From Thermodesulfobacteriota bacterium (GTDB lineage: Bacteria > Desulfobacterota > Desulfarculia > JACQYL01), in contig CAXXLZ010000001.1 in NCBI GenBank assembly GCA_963675595.2, forward strand, positions 608,001 to 672,000: a stretch of 64,000 nucleotides of DNA. The letters run 5' to 3'. The translations under genes and the position numbers were made by a program. The notes below the pieces were generated by a model, which was not told where the DNA came from, ran no database searches, and saw nothing but the letters and a program-made list of their open reading frames with translations. Each line of letters starts with the position of its first letter. Position 1 is the first letter of the stretch. Positions 57,975 through 64,000 of the stretch are shown in pieces.

Positions 57975-58964
57975 TCAATGCACGTAATGATGGTTTTTGA
58001 ACCAGTCCACCGCCTCTTCGAGAGCGCGCCGTACGGGAGTCTGAGGAATTCCCAACTCGCGCACCGCTTTGGCTCCGTCGAAGAACATGGTTTTCTTTGC
58101 CATTCGGACTCCGTTCAACGGAATCAAGGGTTCTTTCCCCGTAACCCAGCGTGAGAGTGCTTCATTCACGTAGGCGGCTCCCAGAACGGGAAGCAGTGGA
58201 AGCCTGACTTTGGGCTCGGGCAGACCGGATATTTCGGAAAGCATGTGCAGGATTTCCTTCAACATCAGGTTCCGGTTGCCCAGAATATATTTTTCGCCCG
58301 CTCGGCCTTTTTCCATGGCCAACATGTGTCCGTGGGCAACATCCGTCACGTGGATCAGATTCAGGCCCGTATCCAGATATGCGGGCATCTTGCGGTTCAA
58401 GAAGTCCACAATGATTTTCCCAGTGGGAGTGGGCTTATGATCACCGGGGCCGACGGGCGTACTCGGGTTGACGATGACTACGGGAAATCCACGGGAAGCA
58501 TATCGACAGGCAATTTGTTCCGCCAGGAACTTGGAGTGTTTGTAGGGGCCGCACATGTCTTCTTCGCGGACGGGAGTGGTTTCCGTGCCGGAAGACCCAT
58601 CCTTTGGAATGCCCAACGCCCCTACGGTGCCGGTGTATACCAGGCGCTCCATCCCACGGCGTCGCGCCGCATCCAGAACGTTGGCGGTTCCGGCGACATT
58701 GGATTCGTACATCTCCCGCGGGTTCTTGACCCACAAGCGATAATCCGCCGCAACGTGGTATCCTGTGCGGCACCCTTCCATGGCTCGACGAATACTAGCC
58801 GAATCCCTCAGATCACCCTTGACGGTTTCAAGCCCGAGACCTACGAGGGCCGTAAGGTCCTTGTCCGATCTTACGAGTGCACGAACTTGGCAACCCTGTT
58901 CCAATAGGAGGCGGGCCAAGTGTCGTCCGATGAAACCCGTTGCTCCCGTGACGAAGACCTTCAC
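57975..58964 (-). CDS. hpnA: Hopanoid-associated sugar epimerase
   Basis: TGATGFIG, HVAADYRLW, YKHSK, VNPSTPVGPGDHKPTPTG; follows shc. Confidence 0.9.
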   Translation of the reverse strand: MKVFVTGATGFIGRHLARLLLEQGCQVRALVRSDKDLTALVGLGLETVKGDLRDSASIRRAMEGCRTGYHVAADYRLWVKNPREMYESNVAGTANVLDAARRRGMERLVYTGTVGALGIPKDGSSGTETTPVREEDMCGPYKHSKFLAEQIACRYASRGFPVVIVNPSTPVGPGDHKPTPTGKIIVDFLNRKMPAYLDTGLNLIHVTDVAHGHMLAMEKGRAGEKYILGNRNLMLKEILHMLSEISGLPEPKVRLPLLPVLGAAYVNEALSRWVTGKEPLIPLNGVRMAKKTMFFDGAKAVRELGIPQTPVRRALEEAVDWFKNHHYVH

Positions 58965-58986
58965 GCGGTTTGCCTCCGCTTGAGGA

Positions 58987-60960
58987 CTAGACTCCTTTCA
59001 AATACCGGAGGTAGTTTCCCAGGGCCATAAGGGGAAAACAGTTCCGATAATTGTGGTATCGAATCATGAAAAACTTGGGGAAGCCGGTGCCGGTGAATTC
59101 CTGTTCTTCCCAGGTTCCCGTCTCGGTCTGACGGTCCAGCAGAAAATGGATTCCACGCAATACGGAGTCGGATTCATATTCCCCCGCAGCCATAAGGCTG
59201 AGGATGGCCCAAGCCGTTTGAGAGGCGGTGCTCGGCCCGGAGCAGCCGTGAGGGTCCTTGTAGCTGTCGCAGGGCTCTCCCCAACCTCCGTCGTGGTTCT
59301 GGGAGGCTTTGAGCCAGGCCACTGCTCGGCGGACGTACGGCTTGTTCATGTCTTCACCGATTCTGGACAAACCGCTGAGGACGGACCATGTTCCGTATAT
59401 GTAGTTCACCCCCCAACGGCCCCACCAGGAACCATTTCTTTCCTGCTTTTCTCGTATGAACCGAATGGCGTCACGAGCGTACGGATGGTCGATGGAGTAA
59501 CCGAATTTTCCCATCATTTCCAGCACGCGACCGGTGAGGTCCGCCGTGCTGGGGTCGATCATGGCTTCAAGGTCGGCGAAAGGTATTTTGTTGAGATAGG
59601 ATTTGTTGTTGTCCTTGTCGAATGCGCCCCAACCGCCGTCCTTGCCTCTCATGTTAAAGACCCACTGGATTCCGGCTTCCAACCTTGCTCGGACCTCTTC
59701 GTCGGCCGATTCGGGCACCAAATTCAAGAACATGAGAACCACGGCCGTGTCGTCCACATCCGGGTAATGATCGTTCTTGAATTCAAACGCCCATCCGCCC
59801 GGATTACCGTCTCGGACCTTAACCTGCCAATCGCCTCCCCCGAACACCTGTCGGTCGAGGAGCCATCGAGCACCCGCGCTTATAGCCGGATGATCGGCTG
59901 AAACCCCCGACTGGATCAATGCGAGGCATGTCAGGGCCGTGTCCCAAACAGGAGACACGCAAGCCTGCAATTCTATGGAATCCTCCGTTTCAAGACAGAA
60001 TTGCTCGAGCGCTTCCAGTCCCTTTTGCATCACAGGATGGGATTTTGGATATCCCAGGGTATGCAGCGCCAACAGGGAATTCACCATGGCGGGCTGGATT
60101 CCTCCCCAATCGCCGCTGGTTTCCTGGTGGGAGATGATCCAGTGCTCGGCCGTCTGCAACGCCCGAGTCCTGAACCCATTGCTCGGTATTCTCTCCCAGA
60201 GCTTCACCAGGTCGTCCATAAGCCAGAACAATCGCTGCAGCCAGTCGCCCGAACTTTTCGATTTGCCGTTGGGTGCCGTGATTTCGCTGAGCCGTAACTC
60301 CTGAGGAAGCGACACGCAGGGCTTCTTGTGGAGCAAAATCGAGATGGGGATCAAGGTGGCTCGGGCCCAACTAGAGAAGTCATAAACGGAGAATAGGAAA
60401 CGGGGGGGCAGAAGAATGATCTCCACTGGAAGAGAGGGTACGTTCTTCCAGGGGTAGCAGCCGAACAAGGCAAGAAATATTTTCGTAAAGATTCTGGTCT
60501 CTTCCACTCCTCCCATATCCAGGATGAACTCCCTGGCCTTGCGGAGTTCGGGGGAATCCTGAGATCGTCCGGCAAGTTTGAGAGCGAAATAGGCCTCTAC
60601 GGTCGTGCTGATATCGCCGGGACCACCGTGATGAATTGCCCAGGTGCCGTCTTCTCGTTGGTTCGCCAGGATGTGGTTGGCCAGTTTCTGAAGTCTTGAC
60701 GGTTGGTCCACTTCCAGAAACTTGAGCAGCATGATGTATTCGGCCGAAATCGTATCGTTGGATTCCAGGCGGTACCACCAATATCCCTCCGGGTACTGCT
60801 CCCGTAGATACATCTCCCGGGTGAGGGACATGGATGTTTCGATCCGCTCGTGGAGAGGCTGGTGAGGCGAAGGTGACAAAGGAATGATGTTGCCGTTCGC
60901 TTTCGCCCTGTCCGCACTTTTGAGCGGTTCCACAGGAGCAAGAGCCGGACTTCCAGACAT
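58987..60960 (-). CDS. shc: Squalene-hopene cyclase
   Basis: DVDDTA catalytic motif, QW repeats (QREDGTW, QETSGDW, QERNGSW, QNHDGGW), SPVWDTA, GTGFP. Confidence 0.95.
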   Translation of the reverse strand: MSGSPALAPVEPLKSADRAKANGNIIPLSPSPHQPLHERIETSMSLTREMYLREQYPEGYWWYRLESNDTISAEYIMLLKFLEVDQPSRLQKLANHILANQREDGTWAIHHGGPGDISTTVEAYFALKLAGRSQDSPELRKAREFILDMGGVEETRIFTKIFLALFGCYPWKNVPSLPVEIILLPPRFLFSVYDFSSWARATLIPISILLHKKPCVSLPQELRLSEITAPNGKSKSSGDWLQRLFWLMDDLVKLWERIPSNGFRTRALQTAEHWIISHQETSGDWGGIQPAMVNSLLALHTLGYPKSHPVMQKGLEALEQFCLETEDSIELQACVSPVWDTALTCLALIQSGVSADHPAISAGARWLLDRQVFGGGDWQVKVRDGNPGGWAFEFKNDHYPDVDDTAVVLMFLNLVPESADEEVRARLEAGIQWVFNMRGKDGGWGAFDKDNNKSYLNKIPFADLEAMIDPSTADLTGRVLEMMGKFGYSIDHPYARDAIRFIREKQERNGSWWGRWGVNYIYGTWSVLSGLSRIGEDMNKPYVRRAVAWLKASQNHDGGWGEPCDSYKDPHGCSGPSTASQTAWAILSLMAAGEYESDSVLRGIHFLLDRQTETGTWEEQEFTGTGFPKFFMIRYHNYRNCFPLMALGNYLRYLKGV

Positions 60961-61139
60961 AGACGTGTTACCTCCGCTGCGGCAAGCGGTGAAAGAGGAT
61001 GGTCTGAGGGGCGGCCCTAACCTGTACGGATGCGCCTGTGAGAAGACGGGCAACCAATGTGAGGGTTGTGGCGCCGCCTATTTCGTCCGCTTTCTTTCGC
61101 CCTTGTTGACTGACCGGTGGGGAAGGCCCTGAAATCCGG

Positions 61140-61826
61140 TCAGGATTCCTTTTGTTTTAGTGCGGCCCTCTGGGCTCTAAGCTTCTCAAGCAAGACGTCG
61201 AAGGAATCTCGCTCGATGACTCGATGAAAAGCCGACCTGTAGCTTTTGACAATGCCTACGCCGTCGATATCCACTTCGGTGATGAACCATCGCTCGCCGA
61301 TTTTTTCGAGGTGGTAATCAACGGGAATCTCATCGTTGGCTCGTCGAATTCCCGTCCGAACCTTCGCCGTGCTTCCTTCCACCGAATCTTCCCGGATGTC
61401 CAATTCTTCCCGCTTGAGAAAATTCAAGACCAGACGGGTGTAGGAATCGAGGAAGAGATCTCGAAACAAATCGACGAATTCAAGGCGCTTCCCTTTAGGG
61501 AGAGTGGCCCACGTGTCCCCGAGACTTTCTTGGGCCATGCGTTCTTCGTCGAAATTTTCCTCAATGGCCGTTCTGACTCGGTCTCTCTTGAAGTCGGCAT
61601 CGGCTTCTCGAGACTCAAGAATCCCGGATATCTTGTCGAGAATGGTCTCGACCTGCTCCAAAGGTGTTTTGAATTGCGCCTGCGCTCCAATGGCCAAGGA
61701 GACGGACACGCACGCGAAAACCAAAAAGGCGAGAAACTTTCCCTGGAGGCCGCGTATGCCGTTGTAAGGAAAAGAGCGGTTTGTCAGTTGGTCGGTCGGT
61801 TTCTTTGGTCGCGATGTCTTGATCAT
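61140..61826 (-). CDS. MlaC/Ttg2D-family (HpnM-like) lipid-binding protein
   Basis: FDEERMAQESLG..W, VDYHL, EVDIDGVGIVKSYRSAF. Confidence 0.82.
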   Translation of the reverse strand: MIKTSRPKKPTDQLTNRSFPYNGIRGLQGKFLAFLVFACVSVSLAIGAQAQFKTPLEQVETILDKISGILESREADADFKRDRVRTAIEENFDEERMAQESLGDTWATLPKGKRLEFVDLFRDLFLDSYTRLVLNFLKREELDIREDSVEGSTAKVRTGIRRANDEIPVDYHLEKIGERWFITEVDIDGVGIVKSYRSAFHRVIERDSFDVLLEKLRAQRAALKQKES

Positions 61827-61871
61827 GGTTCATTCTCTGGTCCCACGGCCACGAATCATGCTGTGGAACGT

Positions 61872-63332
61872 TCAATTTCGTCCTTCCGCGCCACGGTCCG
61901 ACGGGTGCTTCACTGCGCCGTTGGAATCGGGCCGGTCAAAGTAGAGACCGGTTGTATACCACAATTCGGTCCGGGTGGCATGAAATTCGTAAAGATTAAG
62001 AAGATAGCCTCCCCGACTCCTACCGTATTGTTCCAGAGCTTCGATCACTTCGGACACGGGATCGATCCCCATGTCGAAGCCCGACATGGCTGTAACAAGC
62101 CATTTTCGGGCGGCCCGCGTCGAGGTCTCGAAAGCCTTCACGGAGTCGGCGGCCTTTAATAGGTCTTGGTAACCGGCAGCCGTTTGGAGGGCGATCTTTT
62201 CATAGGCATCCTGCTTCTGTTGCTGCAAAGCCAGATACTCGGACTTCGCTCGATCCCGTTCGCCTGAAGTCACACCCAGGTCGAAATGCCACTTGGCGCC
62301 CAAGACGACCCCCACGTATTCTTCATTGAAGCCGTCGTTGATGTAGGGATCGTCAAAACGGTCCCTGCCGGGAGCGCGGGCCACGGCTCCGTGCACCGCG
62401 GCGAAAATGTCGGGATATAGGTCGGATTCGGCGGCCTCCCAGAGACGGCGTTTGGCCTCCACTCCTTTTTCAAGCTGGTGAAGCTCGGGCCTTTGCCGCA
62501 AAGCGGCCTGGACATAGAACAACTCATCCTGCGATTCCATCTCCACGCCGGGAAGCTCCCGGTCCTTGACAACGAAATCGCGTTCCCTCGGCAATCCCGC
62601 CAAAGTCTTGAGTGCCAGGTAGGACTTGTTGCGCGCGGCTTTGAGCCTTGCGCGGTTCTCTTCCATCTCTCCCCGGAACGCCTGGAGCCTGTACCGGTCG
62701 GAAGCCCTCACATTGATGGAACCGGCTTCAAGGAGGCGGTCCACACGGGTTTCCAAGTCCTCCAGAAAATCGAACGCCTCCACGGCCGCCGCCTCGCCCA
62801 TTTGAGCGAGGACAAGACCGTAGTACCGGAGCCTCACGTCCCGCAGCAGTCGGCTTTGTTCCTGGTCCTCTTTGCTCCGGTGGATTTCCACGTTCAAATC
62901 CGCAGCGTCCCTCCGATTGGATATCTTTCCAAATGTATACAGGGGTTGGGTAACGGCAAGCTCCAACCTGACGAACACGTTGATGGAGGAATAATCGTTG
63001 CGGTCCGTCCGTGAAACGATTTCGCCGTTTTCCACAAACGGCACCTCGGCGTCGTTCACGGGTCCGGTCAAGGCCAGTACGTCGAACTGGGGGAGCAGGG
63101 CGGCCTTCGCCCGGGCTAGTTCGTCTTCCGAAGCCTGAGTTTCAAGGCGCGCGCGGGCGAGCGAGGAACTCGACGCAAGAGCCATTTGCTCAAGTTCCGG
63201 TAATCCCAGAACCATATCCACGGCGGACTTCTCGTCCTCCGTAGGTTGGTCTCCTCCCCATGCCTGGAAGTCGGCCGTGATTCCCAACACCAACGCCGAT
63301 ACTACTAAGAACTTGACCAGTAGACGCGTCAC
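61872..63332 (-). CDS. TolC-family outer membrane protein
   Basis: AKAALLPQF, VTQPLYTFGKI, ESDLYPD; signal peptide after a GTG with GAAGGA RBS. Confidence 0.82.
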   Translation of the reverse strand: MTRLLVKFLVVSALVLGITADFQAWGGDQPTEDEKSAVDMVLGLPELEQMALASSSSLARARLETQASEDELARAKAALLPQFDVLALTGPVNDAEVPFVENGEIVSRTDRNDYSSINVFVRLELAVTQPLYTFGKISNRRDAADLNVEIHRSKEDQEQSRLLRDVRLRYYGLVLAQMGEAAAVEAFDFLEDLETRVDRLLEAGSINVRASDRYRLQAFRGEMEENRARLKAARNKSYLALKTLAGLPRERDFVVKDRELPGVEMESQDELFYVQAALRQRPELHQLEKGVEAKRRLWEAAESDLYPDIFAAVHGAVARAPGRDRFDDPYINDGFNEEYVGVVLGAKWHFDLGVTSGERDRAKSEYLALQQQKQDAYEKIALQTAAGYQDLLKAADSVKAFETSTRAARKWLVTAMSGFDMGIDPVSEVIEALEQYGRSRGGYLLNLYEFHATRTELWYTTGLYFDRPDSNGAVKHPSDRGAEGRN

Positions 63333-63628
63333 GATTCCTTCCCGTATGTTGAAAAACGATCGGAACCAATCAATCATTTCGACATTCCCAACGAAGAATC
63401 CATCAAACACCTTATAACGTTCACGAATTAAACGAGAACAGAAATATATATTTATTGTACACAAGCACGAGATCAGTCAATACCTTTGTGGAAGCATATC
63501 CGACCAATCCCCCAACAGGCCCGATACGGGAGAGTTCTTCCGTCGCGGGCTGGGGCGAGAGGTGGGACGTCACGTCGGCATCACTGAGGCGATTGGAGGT
63601 TGGTCCGCTGGAGAACCGTAACGACTGA

Positions 63629-63658
63629 TCCGGGCAAGCCGATTTCGGCTTGCCCGGA
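63629..63658 (-). terminator. Strong hairpin downstream of the TPR gene
   Basis: TCCGGGCAAGCCGA-TT-TCGGCTTGCCCGGA perfect palindrome; no clear U-tract. Confidence 0.45.
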
Positions 63659-63676
63659 AAATCGAAGTCGGGAGGC

Positions 63677-64000
63677 TTAGGACAGGGATTCGAGGAGGGC
63701 TTTTGCCTTCTCCGCCATGGTGCCTTTCAAGCCCAGTTCCAGGGCTTTCTTGAGATGCTTTCGCGCCAGGTCCGTTTCTCCGGTCTTAATGCGAATCATC
63801 CCTGCGTGAAGTTGGATCACGGGATCGTCCTCGGCATGCTGAAGAGCGGCGGAAATATGGCTCACCGCTTTCTGGGCATTCCCGGATTTGTACTCGACCC
63901 AGGCCGCGGTGTCCAGAATGTGGGCGTTATCGGGAGCTGCAGCCAGCGCTTTCTGCGCATATTCCCGAGCCTTGGCCAGGAGATCGGGATCGTCCACGTG
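63677..64000 (-). CDS. TPR-repeat protein, C-terminal part (5'-partial)
   Basis: AREYAQKAL..PDNAHILDTAAWVEY..IQLHAGMI..ARKHLKKALEL. Confidence 0.8.
   Translation of the reverse strand, partial: HVDDPDLLAKAREYAQKALAAAPDNAHILDTAAWVEYKSGNAQKAVSHISAALQHAEDDPVIQLHAGMIRIKTGETDLARKHLKKALELGLKGTMAEKAKALLESLS

Overview
GC-rich bacterial chromosomal window whose gene content (hopanoid cluster, CCG Fe-S oxidoreductase, CGGC/MinD-Fe-S cluster, PilZ, many two-component regulators, beta-oxidation enzymes) suggests an anaerobic Desulfobacterota-like organism (inference). It holds about 55 CDS, including a hopanoid cluster (shc, hpnA, DUF116, hpnH, CruF-like, hpnG-like, hpnM-like, TolC), a liv branched-chain amino acid ABC operon, a copper-resistance-type cluster whose TolC-like gene has an in-frame TAG, and an ECF sigma/anti-sigma/signal peptidase operon. 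One complete IS4-family element (19805-21189, 19-bp IRs, 11-bp TSD) sits inside a copy of an abundant palindromic intergenic repeat family. The most unusual items are a 1824-aa GlmS-like amidotransferase with large insertions and a duplicated degenerate SIS module, a PKD protein with a granulin-like CC-repeat tail, a probable +1 recoding site in the IS transposase, and CruF-like and DUF116 genes inside the hopanoid operon. No rRNA, tRNA or CRISPR array was seen. All calls come from motif recognition by eye, without database searches.
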